64,000 nucleotides of DNA from Longimicrobiales bacterium (GCA_041690395.1 JAWLHJ010000005.1:64001-128000); one strand, 5' to 3'; counted from the first letter of the stretch, positions 27,696-37,768 are shown. Program-made: numbers and translations. The notes: generated by a model from the sequence alone, not told the origin.

Positions 27696-29748
27696 AATCG
27701 GCTGGAGCGGGGTCGAGCAAGCGGGAGTCGCGTCGGGGGACCGAGATGTTCAGGCGCCCGACGTGCCCGTGGTCGGCGTTCTCCCGCGGATACTCGCGCC
27801 AGGAGCGCGTGACCGGCGAGCAGGCGTACGGAAGGAAGACGCGGAAGCGGGTCCCCGTGCCCGGCGACGACTCGACGCCGACGAGCCCTCCGTGGGCTCG
27901 GACGATACCGATGGTCGTCGCCAAGCCCAGTCCGTGTCCGTCCTCTTTCGTCGTATAGAACGGATCGAAGATGCGGTGCAAGGTGGACCGCTCCATGCCG
28001 CATCCGTCGTCCATGACCTCGAGGCACGCGTAGCGGCCAGGGGCGGCGGCATCCCCGAGATGCAGCGCCGGCAGCTCCGTGGCGTCGACCCAGGTCTCCC
28101 GCACCGAAACCGAGATCGTGCCGTGGGCGTCACCCAGGGCATCCGACGCGTTCATGATGAGATTCATGACGACCTGGCGAATCTGGCTGGGGTCCCCGTG
28201 GATGGCATGCAGAGCCTCGGGCATGCCCAATTCGATGCGCGTCTTCGGTGACACGGCCCGCTCGAGGAGGCGGCCCATCTCCTGGACGAGCGCGGGGAGG
28301 TCGATGGGGCGTTTGACCGTGTCCGCCTTGCCCGCGAAGGTGAGAATCTGCTTGGTCAACTCCGCGGCGCGCAAAGCCGCCGTCTCGATCTGGGCCACGT
28401 ACTCACTCACGGTCTCGTCGCCGTTCAACTCCAGCTTCGCGAGCTGAGCGTTACCAAGGATCCCCGTGAGGAGATTGTTGAAATCGTGAGCCACGCCCCC
28501 GGCCAGCATCCCCAGGCTGTCCAGACGCTGGGCGTGGCTGAACTGATCCTCGAGCTTCTTCTTCTCCCGCTCGGCTTCACGGCGCCAGGTTTGATCACGA
28601 GCGACCAGCAGAAGCGCGGGGACGCCTTCGTCCTCGATGGTCGTTCCCGTAACCTCCACGATCAGCGGGCCCGTCGGAGCGACCATGCGCGTTTCGAAGG
28701 CTCCTACGCCCCGGTGGCGAATCCGCTCGAGAGACGCGCGCACGTGATCGATGTCCTCTCCGGGCACAAGGTCGAGAAACGCCCATCCCGCGACCGCCCG
28801 GTCCGTCGATGTCAGGTGTGCATCTCCCCGAAGCACCTGTCCCGCCGCTTCACTGGCTCGGGTGATGGTTCCATGCTCATCGAGCACGACCACGAGGTCC
28901 GGGATCGCGTCGAACAGGGACCGGAATCTGCGCTCCGACGCGTTCAGCTCCCGGGTCCGCTCCTCGAGCATCGACTCCACCCGGATGAGGGCGCGCTCGC
29001 GTTGCGCCCGCCTCGCCAACTCGACGACGAGGGCCGGGTCGAAGGGCTTGCGGACGTACCCGTCGGCCCCCATCCGCATCAAGGATACGGGGAGGGTGAG
29101 ATCCATGTCCCCCGTCATCACGAGGAGGACCGCCTGCGTGGATGACCCGCGAAGCCGCGAGACCAGACCCTCGCAGGTGTCGTCCGGCAGATGGTAGTCC
29201 AGGAGCACGATATCAGCGGGGCATTCGTTCCAAAGGTCCATGCCCTGGGCCGCCGTCGGAGCTGCCTGGACGGTGAAGCCGTGGTGTTCGAAGGCCGTCG
29301 TCACGGCCCGTCTGACGCCGGAATCGTCCTCCACCACCAGCACCCTCGAGCGCCTGCGAGGGACCTTTCCGTTCAGCAGGTCCACTACATGCTCGAGCAG
29401 GTCCTCCCGGTTGAACGGGAGGGGGAGGAAGGCGTTGGCTCCCAACTCCGCGGTAAGGGTGTCGGGGTCCACGTCGGTCAACGACGCCGATACGATCAGG
29501 ATCGGCGTGCTGTTGTAGGCCTGGAATGCGTCCGAGCGGAGGAGGCGGCAGAATTTCCACCCGTCGACCCCGGGCATGTGCATGTCCAGGACGAAGAGGT
29601 CGGTCGTGAAGCCCCCCTCGAGGTCGGTGAGACACGCGCACGGGTCGTCGTAGGCGGTCACGTCGTACCCGAGGCGCTCGATGAGGCCCGAGATCATGCG
29701 GAGCTGGGCCCGGTCGTCGTTGATCACGGAGATCCTTCGAGCGCTCAT
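27649..29748 (-). CDS. Soluble hybrid kinase REC-REC-PAS-HisKA-HATPase
   Basis: Two N-terminal receiver domains (VLDMHMP; LLDYHLP); PAS; GVAHDFNNLL; NLIMNASDA; DDGCG; FDPFYTTK; GHGLGL. Confidence 0.9.
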   Translation of the reverse strand: MSARRISVINDDRAQLRMISGLIERLGYDVTAYDDPCACLTDLEGGFTTDLFVLDMHMPGVDGWKFCRLLRSDAFQAYNSTPILIVSASLTDVDPDTLTAELGANAFLPLPFNREDLLEHVVDLLNGKVPRRRSRVLVVEDDSGVRRAVTTAFEHHGFTVQAAPTAAQGMDLWNECPADIVLLDYHLPDDTCEGLVSRLRGSSTQAVLLVMTGDMDLTLPVSLMRMGADGYVRKPFDPALVVELARRAQRERALIRVESMLEERTRELNASERRFRSLFDAIPDLVVVLDEHGTITRASEAAGQVLRGDAHLTSTDRAVAGWAFLDLVPGEDIDHVRASLERIRHRGVGAFETRMVAPTGPLIVEVTGTTIEDEGVPALLLVARDQTWRREAEREKKKLEDQFSHAQRLDSLGMLAGGVAHDFNNLLTGILGNAQLAKLELNGDETVSEYVAQIETAALRAAELTKQILTFAGKADTVKRPIDLPALVQEMGRLLERAVSPKTRIELGMPEALHAIHGDPSQIRQVVMNLIMNASDALGDAHGTISVSVRETWVDATELPALHLGDAAAPGRYACLEVMDDGCGMERSTLHRIFDPFYTTKEDGHGLGLATTIGIVRAHGGLVGVESSPGTGTRFRVFLPYACSPVTRSWREYPRENADHGHVGRLNISVPRRDSRLLDPAPADSTGVSSDHARSTRSG

Positions 29749-32312
29749 CGGTCGGGATCTTCCCAGTGCGTGGTACGAAGGAGCGCCCCGAGCTCCCGGG
29801 CACGGTGGACGATGGTATCCAGAAGCACATTTGCCTGCAGTCCGTCACCGGCGACCCACCGGGCCTCGGCGTCGCGTGCGGCGCGGGCGAGCCGCTTGGC
29901 CCCGATGTTGGCGGCGGAGCCTTTGAGGCGATGAGCGACCGATGCCAGGGTCTGGAAGTCGGCGTCGTCCACCCCGCGCCGGAGCTCCGCCTCCAACATC
30001 GGCCAGTCTTCCATGAAGAGGCCCGTGACGACGTCCACGATCTCGACGGACCCCCCGGTTCTCGCCATCAGGTCCATCACGTCCAGGGTCGGAAGGTCGT
30101 CGCCGGGGCTGGGCGTGGACGCCACCTCGGCCCGACGGCCGTGCTCGGCTTCGGCCGCGGGAAGCCAGCGGGCGAGCGCGGCCTTCAGGCTCTCCATGGT
30201 GATGGGCTTGGCGAGGTGGTCGTTCATGCCGCTCGCGAGGGCCCGCTCCCGGTCCGCGGGCATCGCCGAAGCCGTCAGCGCCATGATCGGGAGGCGATCC
30301 CACCCCGCTGATCTGAGAGTCTCCGTCGTCTGGTATCCGTCCATGCCGGGCATCTGGCAGTCCATCAGAATGAGGTCGAAGTCCTGCACCTTGAGGGCGG
30401 CGAGCACTCCGTGTCCGTTCTCCACAGTCTCGACCTCACACCCGAGATGCTGCAGCATCTCTCTCGCCACCAGGCGGCTGGTCGGGTCGTCCTCGGCCAC
30501 GAGGATCCTGGCGGAACCGACCGTGCCGCTCTCGACCGGAGGACGTTCCGGGTGGCTCGGGACCCCCTCGATGAGCGACAGGAGCCGCCGCTCCCGGACG
30601 GGTCGCCCGAGCCAGTGGTGGAACCCGTGCTCCTTCAAACGGACCCCATCGTCGCGAGCCCCGGGAGGAACCAGCGCGAGCAGCTCGCATTCCGGCGGCA
30701 GGCCTCCGGCTTCGAGCTGGCCGGGCAGGTCCAGCATCGCATCGGGGCGCCAACCGACGTCCGCGACGACCCATGCCAGGTGAGGCCGCGCGGGGAGACG
30801 GGCCAGCAACTCGGACCGGGTCGAGACCGCTTCGGCGTGGGCTCCCACCAGGGAGGCGACCTGGAGCACCCGGGTTCGTATGATGGTCCGGGGCGACATG
30901 ACGATCATGGTGGGGCCACGCCGGTCGTCTCCCGCGCGCGTGCCGATCCGATCGTGACCGACGGGGTGCCCCGTAGGAAGGTCGAGCCAGAACGTGGACC
31001 CGGCGCCGGGACGGCTCTCGGCCCAGAGCTCTCCGCCCATGAGCCGTGCGAGCCTCCGACTGATGGCGAGGCCGAGTCCGGTTCCACCGTATCGCCGGGT
31101 GGTAGAGGAGTCCGCCTGCGCGAACTTGTCGAAGATGTGCTCCAGCTTGTCGGGATCGATTCCGATGCCCGTGTCTTCGACTCCGATCCGGACCCGATCC
31201 GCGGTCCGCCCCGCTTCCACGCGGATCAGGACGTGACCGTGCTCGGTGAACTTCACGGCGTTGGCCACCAGGTTGGTGAGGACCTGTCGGATCCGACCGG
31301 GATCACCCACGATGTTCCGGGTGGCGAAGGGGTCGTAGAGCACAGCGGTCTCCACGCGCTTTTCGGCGGCCCGAGGAGCGAGTAGCTCCGCCACGTCTTC
31401 CACGCTATCGGCGAGGTCGAAGCGGATAGACTCCAACTCGATCATGCCGGCCTCGACCTTCGAGTAGTCGAGGATGTCGTCGATGATGGAGACGAGGCTG
31501 TCGGCCGAGCGGATGATGGCGCCGACCTGCTCGTGCTGCTCCTCGTCGAGGGGCGTGAGGGCCAGGAGTGAAGCCATGCCCGTGATCCCGTTGATGGGCG
31601 TACGGATCTCGTGGCTCATGTTCGCGAGGAACTCGCTCTTGGCCTTGCTCGCCGCGTGCGCGGCCTTTTCAGAGCGCTCCAATTGCTCCGTCCGCTCTGC
31701 CACCAGCTTCGAGAGGTTCTCGTTGTGCTGTGAGAGCTGGCGCTGGAGTATCCCGGATTCCAGGGCGTTGGAACAGCTCGTCAGGACGAGAGAGAGGGCC
31801 TTGTCCGCCGCATCGGGGAGGAACGTCTTGCCTTCACCCAGCCGGCCGATGAACATCCCCAGGACCCGGGAGGGTGTCGCGAGCACGTGCAGCACGATGT
31901 AACGGTCGCGCCGGGAGCTCCGCACGACGATCGAGCGGTTCTCGTACAGAGACCACGCGAATGTCCCATGCTCGATGTGGTGGTCGACCTCGGTGCGGAT
32001 CGCTTCGGTCTCCCCGGGATCGTCGATGGCCGCGATATCGAACTCCAGACCGTCCTGGTCGGTCTCCAGGAAGGCGAGAACGTCGAATTCGCCCAGACGC
32101 CGTAAGACCGGACCGGCCGCCTCGAATACGCTCCGCATCTCGGGTGTCGCCCCGAGGCCGAGCTGGAGCCGCAGACAGACCGAGGCCACCGCATCGAGAG
32201 CTCGCTCGAACCACTCGGTGCGAGCTTCGTCTCCGGCGGAGTCTCGCCACCCCATGGGATCGTCGGCCGCGGGGTCCGTCCGCGCGTCGGAGGGCTGCGG
32301 TACCGTGATCAT
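29745..32312 (-). CDS. Soluble unorthodox hybrid kinase (GAF-like-HisKA-HATPase-degenerate REC-REC-HPt)
   Basis: ATG 32312 overlaps the HDOD stop (ATGA); FLANMSHEIRTP; NLVANAVKFT; YGGTGLGL; ILMDCQMPGMDG; HPt AHRLKGSAANIGA. Confidence 0.9.
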   Translation of the reverse strand: MITVPQPSDARTDPAADDPMGWRDSAGDEARTEWFERALDAVASVCLRLQLGLGATPEMRSVFEAAGPVLRRLGEFDVLAFLETDQDGLEFDIAAIDDPGETEAIRTEVDHHIEHGTFAWSLYENRSIVVRSSRRDRYIVLHVLATPSRVLGMFIGRLGEGKTFLPDAADKALSLVLTSCSNALESGILQRQLSQHNENLSKLVAERTEQLERSEKAAHAASKAKSEFLANMSHEIRTPINGITGMASLLALTPLDEEQHEQVGAIIRSADSLVSIIDDILDYSKVEAGMIELESIRFDLADSVEDVAELLAPRAAEKRVETAVLYDPFATRNIVGDPGRIRQVLTNLVANAVKFTEHGHVLIRVEAGRTADRVRIGVEDTGIGIDPDKLEHIFDKFAQADSSTTRRYGGTGLGLAISRRLARLMGGELWAESRPGAGSTFWLDLPTGHPVGHDRIGTRAGDDRRGPTMIVMSPRTIIRTRVLQVASLVGAHAEAVSTRSELLARLPARPHLAWVVADVGWRPDAMLDLPGQLEAGGLPPECELLALVPPGARDDGVRLKEHGFHHWLGRPVRERRLLSLIEGVPSHPERPPVESGTVGSARILVAEDDPTSRLVAREMLQHLGCEVETVENGHGVLAALKVQDFDLILMDCQMPGMDGYQTTETLRSAGWDRLPIMALTASAMPADRERALASGMNDHLAKPITMESLKAALARWLPAAEAEHGRRAEVASTPSPGDDLPTLDVMDLMARTGGSVEIVDVVTGLFMEDWPMLEAELRRGVDDADFQTLASVAHRLKGSAANIGAKRLARAARDAEARWVAGDGLQANVLLDTIVHRARELGALLRTTHWEDPDR

Positions 32313-33178
32313 GCCCCGGGGTCGTCTTCGATGAGTTGGACCACCGCCAGCCACTGCTGCTCCGCGTCGTCGAGCATGCGAGGGACGACGGCGGGATCCA
32401 CACCGAGGGTGTCCCAGGCGGACGGCAGGAGCACTGGAGCCGTGATGCGGCCGCTCGAGCCCCAGCCGAGAGCCGAGGCCATGAGGTCCGAGACATGGAC
32501 CGTGGCGGTCTCGGTCGGGAAGCGATCGGCTCGCCGGGGGTCGTGGTGGTACCGCACGGCCTCCTCCAGCGCTGCCGGGAAGTTCCACTTCGACAGGAGC
32601 TTGCCGCCGACGAGTGCGTGGTCGCAGCCGACATGCGTTCGCTCCGACTCGGTGAGGTCGATGCCTGCGCGCCGGGCTTCGCCGAGGGCTTCACGGATTT
32701 CCTCGGCGGCGTGCATCATCATGATCAGACGCCCGATGTCGTGCAGCAGCCCCGCCACCAGGAAGCGCTCGGGGTTGTCCTCTCCCCTGTGACGGGCGAG
32801 GACGCGGGCGATCACGCCGCATCCGAGGCTGTGGCTCCAGAACGAGGAGGGGCTGACCAGATCTTCCGGGACGTCGTCGAACATGGAGATGATGGAGGTC
32901 GCGGTGGCGAGGTCGCGGATCTGGCTGATGCCCACCACGCGGACCGCCTCGGTGACGGTGTCGACCTTCCAGGGGAGGGAGAACAGGGCCGAGTTGACGA
33001 GCTTGAGCACCCGGGCCGTGAGCGCCTGGTCCTCACTGATCACCCGGCCGATGTCCGCGATGCCGGCGCGGGGATCCGCGATGACCTGCATGAGACGCTG
33101 GTACACCAGGGGCGGGGAGGCGACGGTGGAGGCCGCTTCGATCAGCTCATTCGCTCGGGATACGACGTGGGTACTCAT
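32309..33178 (-). CDS. HDOD domain protein
   Basis: ISEDQALTARVLKLVNSALF; FWSHS; AGLLHDIGR; DHALVG..L..KWNFP..L..AVRYHH. Confidence 0.92.
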   Translation of the reverse strand: MSTHVVSRANELIEAASTVASPPLVYQRLMQVIADPRAGIADIGRVISEDQALTARVLKLVNSALFSLPWKVDTVTEAVRVVGISQIRDLATATSIISMFDDVPEDLVSPSSFWSHSLGCGVIARVLARHRGEDNPERFLVAGLLHDIGRLIMMMHAAEEIREALGEARRAGIDLTESERTHVGCDHALVGGKLLSKWNFPAALEEAVRYHHDPRRADRFPTETATVHVSDLMASALGWGSSGRITAPVLLPSAWDTLGVDPAVVPRMLDDAEQQWLAVVQLIEDDPGA

Positions 33179-33519
33179 CGGTGCGCCTCCGTACGCGCAT
33201 GGAGGCGTTCGGCACCACGCCGGACCGCGTGCGCGTGCAGAGCCACGATCAACGGATGCTCCGGATCGTTGGCCCCCATGCGGCGGTCGACCTCCGCCGT
33301 GGCGAGCTCGACGGTCTCCGGATCCAGATCGAGAGGCTCGGCGACTTGACCGTCGGGCCCCTCGATTTCGATATGGTCGATTCCCCATGTACGAAGCGCC
33401 CGCACGTGTCGCTCGGAGATCTCGCACCCCTCCGGGATCAGCAGACGCCCCCGTCGGTCGAGCACCGGGGCCGTGAGGGTCATGCCCGGGCGGGCAGCTT
33501 CAGCCGCGATTTGGGCCAT
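33175..33519 (-). CDS. Small hypothetical protein resembling the N-terminal accessory domain of HD-GYP/HDOD proteins
   Basis: PGMTLTAPVLDRRGRLLIPEG.EISERHV..LRTWGI; ATGA-coupled to the HDOD gene. Confidence 0.7.
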   Translation of the reverse strand: MAQIAAEAARPGMTLTAPVLDRRGRLLIPEGCEISERHVRALRTWGIDHIEIEGPDGQVAEPLDLDPETVELATAEVDRRMGANDPEHPLIVALHAHAVRRGAERLHARTEAHR

Positions 33520-33582
33520 GTGTGCGATCTCGTTCGGTAGGGTCTGTGCGTACCTCGGGATCGAGCTCCCGCCGAGGCCTCT

Positions 33583-35145
33583 TCAATCGTGACGGGTGAG
33601 CCTGTCTTCCACCCGCCTCACGAGCTCAGTGACCTCGAAAGGCTTCGCGAGGAGGGCGTCTGGATCCCAGGCCAACCACTCGGAGATCTGGGGGACGTCC
33701 GCGAAGCCGGAGACGAAGAGCACGGAGGTGCCCGGCTGCTCGGATCGTATCCATCGGGCCAGCTCCGCCCCGTCCATGCCGGGCATCATCACGTCGGTGA
33801 TCACGACGTCGAACGGCGGCTGCGACCCACGAAAGATGCTCATGGCCGACGAAGCGCTCGGAGCAGCCACCACATCATAGCCTCGACGTTTCAGGGCGCG
33901 CTCCATCACGCGGCGTACAGGAGCCTCGTCGTCCACGACCAGGATCCGCGGCTCGCTTCCCCCCTTCGGACCGGGCACATGTCGACCGAGCTCCGGCGGA
34001 AGAGGGGTGGAGTCGCTCCGGTGCAGGGGTAGAAGGATCTTGACCAAGGTGCCGTGCGCAGGGGCGCTGATGACGCTCACGTGGCCTCGAGCCCTGAGCA
34101 CGTGGCCGTACACCGTGGTGAGACCCAGCCCCGCCCCTCGACCCAGGGGCTTCGTCGTGAAGAAGGGGTCGAAGACTCTCCTGCGCGTGTCGGCGTTCAT
34201 ACCGATGCCCGTGTCTCCCACGGCGATTGACACGTAGTCGCCGGGAGGGACAGGGGGATCGTAGTCCATGCCATCCGTATCCTCCGGAGCCGAAACGTTG
34301 GCGGTCTCCAGCACGATTCGGCCTCCTCCCGGCATGGCGTTCCGCGCGTTCTCGACCAGGCTCAATAGCACCTGGGTCATGCGTTCCTGATCGATGCGCA
34401 CGAGGCCCGCGTCCCGGTCGAGCCGCAATACGACGTCCACGCCCTGGCCGGCGATCATACGCAGCGTGCCCACGAGATCCGAGATCAGGTCGGTCAGGCT
34501 CAGCGTCTCGTCACACGACAGCTCCGACCTGCTGAAGACGAGGAGCCGCTCCGTGATCTCTCCGGCGCGTCGCGCGGCGTTCAGGATGTGGGATACGCCG
34601 TCCATCGCGTCGGTGTAATCGCCGGCGAGAAGTTCCTGGGCCTCGCCGATGATGGCCGCCAGCAGGTTGTTGTACTCGTGGGCGATCCCTCCCGCGAATC
34701 GGACCACCGCCTCCATCTTGTGGCTCTGGGTCGACCTCTCTCGATCTTCGCGGGCGCTGGTCACGTCGTCGGCGCTGAACACGACGACCGGTTGCTCCGA
34801 CCCCGGCAACGTCCTCAGGCGTCCTCGCACGCTCACGGTGACATCCATGCCGTCGGCTCGAACGATGTCCAGGTCGAGAGGCTCGCCGACTCCGTTCCCG
34901 AGACGCTCACGGATGACGTCCGCGGCGAGCTCCGGGGCCCGGTGGAACGAGGCCAGGGACATCCCTTCCGCGTCCTCCTCCCCGCGAAGTCCGAGGATTC
35001 CGGCGAGAGCTCGGTTCGCGCTGAGGAGCCTCCCATCCAGGCTCGCGACGCCGATCCCCACGGGTGCCTCTTCCAGCACCGTATCGGCACGCGGTGGGGT
35101 CACGTGGGTCAGAGTCGGGCTCATGAGTTCAGGCTGGAGAGGCAT
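33583..35145 (-). CDS. Soluble hybrid kinase PAS-HisKA-HATPase-REC (CckA-like architecture)
   Basis: PAS; GIAHEYNNLL; VENARNAM; DTGIG; FDPFFTTK; GAGLGL; REC VITDVMMPGMDG. Start at 35145 or 35124. Confidence 0.9.
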   Translation of the reverse strand: MPLQPELMSPTLTHVTPPRADTVLEEAPVGIGVASLDGRLLSANRALAGILGLRGEEDAEGMSLASFHRAPELAADVIRERLGNGVGEPLDLDIVRADGMDVTVSVRGRLRTLPGSEQPVVVFSADDVTSAREDRERSTQSHKMEAVVRFAGGIAHEYNNLLAAIIGEAQELLAGDYTDAMDGVSHILNAARRAGEITERLLVFSRSELSCDETLSLTDLISDLVGTLRMIAGQGVDVVLRLDRDAGLVRIDQERMTQVLLSLVENARNAMPGGGRIVLETANVSAPEDTDGMDYDPPVPPGDYVSIAVGDTGIGMNADTRRRVFDPFFTTKPLGRGAGLGLTTVYGHVLRARGHVSVISAPAHGTLVKILLPLHRSDSTPLPPELGRHVPGPKGGSEPRILVVDDEAPVRRVMERALKRRGYDVVAAPSASSAMSIFRGSQPPFDVVITDVMMPGMDGAELARWIRSEQPGTSVLFVSGFADVPQISEWLAWDPDALLAKPFEVTELVRRVEDRLTRHD

Positions 35146-35165
35146 CGGGCGACGTACGTCGTGGA

Positions 35166-35193
35166 GTATCGGCAGGACCCCCGGGGCGCTGGA
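35166..35193 (-). promoter_or_regulatory. Sigma28-like promoter for the leftward kinase/HDOD operon
   Basis: Minus strand reads TCCA-N16-GCCGATAC. Confidence 0.55.
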
Positions 35194-35236
35194 GTCACGA
35201 GGTGCGTGATCACGCTCAGGCCACGGGAGGGGGCGC

Positions 35237-35264
35237 TCAATACCTGTCGATAGGACGTCGATAC
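35237..35264 (+). promoter_or_regulatory. Sigma28-like promoter for the PAS-PAS pseudokinase
   Basis: TCAA-N16-GTCGATAC, 8 nt before ATG 35273. Confidence 0.45.
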
Positions 35265-35272
35265 TGGCCCCC

Positions 35273-37126
35273 ATGACGTGGTTGCGAGCGCACTCTCGTC
35301 CCTCGGTTCGTCCGGTGCCATCTTCGTCCAGCACGCCCGTGTACTCATCTGAAGAGCTGTTCCTGGAATCCCCCGTGCCGACCTTGTTCCTCGGACGTGA
35401 CGGCACGATTCAGGACCTCAATCCCGCTGGGCGGCGCCTGCTCGGGACGTCCCGAGAGCGCATCCTCGGGCGCCCGATTCTGGGCTTCGTGGACGAGGAC
35501 GATCGGCCTCGAGTGCGTGAGTTCTTCCTTCGGGCGCTGAAGGGTCAGACCCGCGAGTGGACCACCCGCCTCCGGCGCGGCGACGGTACGGTGCGCGGAC
35601 AGTGGGTAAAGGCCCTCCCCTCCGTGTCGGGTGGCTCGGTCGCCGGGGCTCTCGTCTTCTGTCGGGACCTCACGGAGTCCGGGGTGGGAAGCCCCGACCG
35701 CGACCAACTCGGGAGCCTGCTCGAGAACCTCCCCGGTCAGTTCACGGCGGTGCTGGGGCCGGATGGAAGGATCCGCTATTCGGCGGGTCTGGCGAGGACC
35801 CACTTCCTTCAGGATACGGAGGCCGTGGGTGTCCCCTATGAGGATCTGCTTGGTGTCGACGATCCCGCGGCGTCGGTGGAAGGGATGTTGAGGGCGGTGT
35901 CGGAGAGCGGGCGTTGGAGTGAGATCCAGTGGCACGCTCGCGTCGACGGGAGCCGACTCCCGGTCAGGGTCTTCGCCTGTCCCTACCTCGATCCCGCGGA
36001 CGGACGTCACATCGGCGTTCTGCTCGCCGGACGTGACATCTCCAGTGAGATGAGCTGGAGGGAGCGTGCCGGGAAGGCCGCGTCTCTCGCAACTGTCGGC
36101 GAGATCTCTCAGAAGGCGGCCGAGGAGATTCGTTCGGGACTGACGATGCTGAAGAATGCCGGCTCCACACCGGACGGGTTCGCCGCCGTCATCGAGCGGA
36201 GCTGCGGCATCGCGGAGGCCATCGAGGAGCTCGCGGGCCTCCCCGTGGGCACGGAGGAAGTCGACCTCTACGACGTCGTGTCGGAAGTCGTCACGGCGCT
36301 CCGGGTTCGTGCCCCCGATACGGGGCCTTCCGTCAAGCTTCACGAGCGCTCCGGAGAGGGGCGCCTCGTAGCGCGGGCGAGCAGAGTGGCCGTGGCCCGG
36401 GCGATCGGGGAGCTGCTGTCCAATGCTCTCGAAGCCACCGCGGCGCTGTCGGGCCCCCCACCCGTCGACGTCTCGGTGGAAGTGTCGGCTCGCAAGGTGG
36501 TCGTCCGGGTGGTGAGCGACCTCTCCGACACGGACCGGGAGGAGCTTCATCGTGCGTTCGAGCCGTTCTTCACCACGAGAGCCGGTCACCTGGGCCTGGG
36601 CTTGAATTTCGTCCGAAGCGTGGCGGTCTCCCACGATGGGCGGGCATGGTCCGAGATCGATGAGGCGGGGCGGGCGGTGTTCGCCATCCAGCTCCCGCTC
36701 TTCGGGGACGGCGCCGCCGGTAGGTTCCGACCGGCTCCTATCTCGGTTTCGCGAGACAGGACTGTGCTCATCGTCGACGACGAGGAGTCCGTCCGCGTCG
36801 CGCTACGACGATTCCTCGGGAAGGTCGGCTTCGAGGTACGGGAGGCGTGGAGCGGCCGCAGCGCTCTCGCTCAGATCACGGCGGGCCGTCCGCCGGAGAT
36901 CCTCCTGACGGACATCCAGATGTCGGACGGAGCAGGGGACTGGCTGCTCGACCAGCTGGCGAGGGATTTCCCGGATCTCCTTCGGAAGACGTTGATCATC
37001 ACGGGCGCGCCCGATGCCCCCGCGGTTCTATCCCTCGCGCGTCGGACCGGTTGCACCGTCGTGCCCAAGCCCCTGGATCTGGCGGGTCTCCTGGAGCTGG
37101 TGGACGAGCTGGCGGTCCGGGACTAG
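35273..37126 (+). CDS. PAS-PAS-degenerate histidine kinase-REC protein (pseudokinase)
   Basis: Two PAS-like domains; H-box position reads AAEEIRSGL (no His); N-box LLSNALEA; no DxGxG G1 box; FEPFFTT; GLGL; intact REC (VDDE, LTDIQM, ITG, KP). Confidence 0.8.
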   Translation: MTWLRAHSRPSVRPVPSSSSTPVYSSEELFLESPVPTLFLGRDGTIQDLNPAGRRLLGTSRERILGRPILGFVDEDDRPRVREFFLRALKGQTREWTTRLRRGDGTVRGQWVKALPSVSGGSVAGALVFCRDLTESGVGSPDRDQLGSLLENLPGQFTAVLGPDGRIRYSAGLARTHFLQDTEAVGVPYEDLLGVDDPAASVEGMLRAVSESGRWSEIQWHARVDGSRLPVRVFACPYLDPADGRHIGVLLAGRDISSEMSWRERAGKAASLATVGEISQKAAEEIRSGLTMLKNAGSTPDGFAAVIERSCGIAEAIEELAGLPVGTEEVDLYDVVSEVVTALRVRAPDTGPSVKLHERSGEGRLVARASRVAVARAIGELLSNALEATAALSGPPPVDVSVEVSARKVVVRVVSDLSDTDREELHRAFEPFFTTRAGHLGLGLNFVRSVAVSHDGRAWSEIDEAGRAVFAIQLPLFGDGAAGRFRPAPISVSRDRTVLIVDDEESVRVALRRFLGKVGFEVREAWSGRSALAQITAGRPPEILLTDIQMSDGAGDWLLDQLARDFPDLLRKTLIITGAPDAPAVLSLARRTGCTVVPKPLDLAGLLELVDELAVRD

Positions 37127-37135
37127 GAGCCTTCC

Positions 37136-37162
37136 TCAACTTCCCGGGCGAAGCGCCGAAAC
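37136..37162 (+). promoter_or_regulatory. Sigma28-like promoter of the chemotaxis operon
   Basis: TCAA-N15-GCCGAAAC about 90 bp upstream of cheW. Confidence 0.6.
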
Positions 37163-37252
37163 TTGTCCAGGAAGGCGGAGAGAACGGTCGGCACCGGTGG
37201 GTGGCTGGCCGGCTCGATGACCCATTCAACCTGAAGAGTGAGGCTCGTGGGG

Positions 37253-37768
37253 ATGTCTACGGCTCAAGAAGCGAGCGTGGTTGCGCGAAGGGAGCGAGGC
37301 GGCAAGTACCTCAGCTTCTTCCTCGACCGCGAAGAGTACGGGATCGAGATCCTGAGGGTCCGGGAGATCATCGGCCTGATGCCGATCACGTCGGTGCCCC
37401 GAACCCCGGAGTACCTCCGAGGCGTCATCAATCTGCGGGGCAAGGTGATCCCGATCATCGATCTCCGTCTCAAGTTCGACATGCCGGGCGTCGAGCATAC
37501 GGAAGAGACGTGCATCATCGTCGTTCAGAGCGGGGAGGACTCGGTGGGCGCGGTGGTGGACAAGGTCTCGGAAGTCCTGGACATCACCGACGAGAACATC
37601 GTCGACGCGCCCTCGCTCGGGGCCGACGTGAACACCGACTACATCCTCGGGATCGGGAAGTCCGAGAGCGGCGTCAAGCTGCTCCTGGACATCGACAAGG
37701 TCCTGTCGTCGGTCGAGACCATCAGCATGACCAAGGGGTCCACCGTCGCCGAGATGGCTACGGTCTGA
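37253..37768 (+). CDS. cheW: Chemotaxis coupling protein CheW
   Basis: YLSFFLDREEYGIEILRVREI; GVINLRGKVIPIIDLR; VDKVSEV. Confidence 0.96.
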   Translation: MSTAQEASVVARRERGGKYLSFFLDREEYGIEILRVREIIGLMPITSVPRTPEYLRGVINLRGKVIPIIDLRLKFDMPGVEHTEETCIIVVQSGEDSVGAVVDKVSEVLDITDENIVDAPSLGADVNTDYILGIGKSESGVKLLLDIDKVLSSVETISMTKGSTVAEMATV

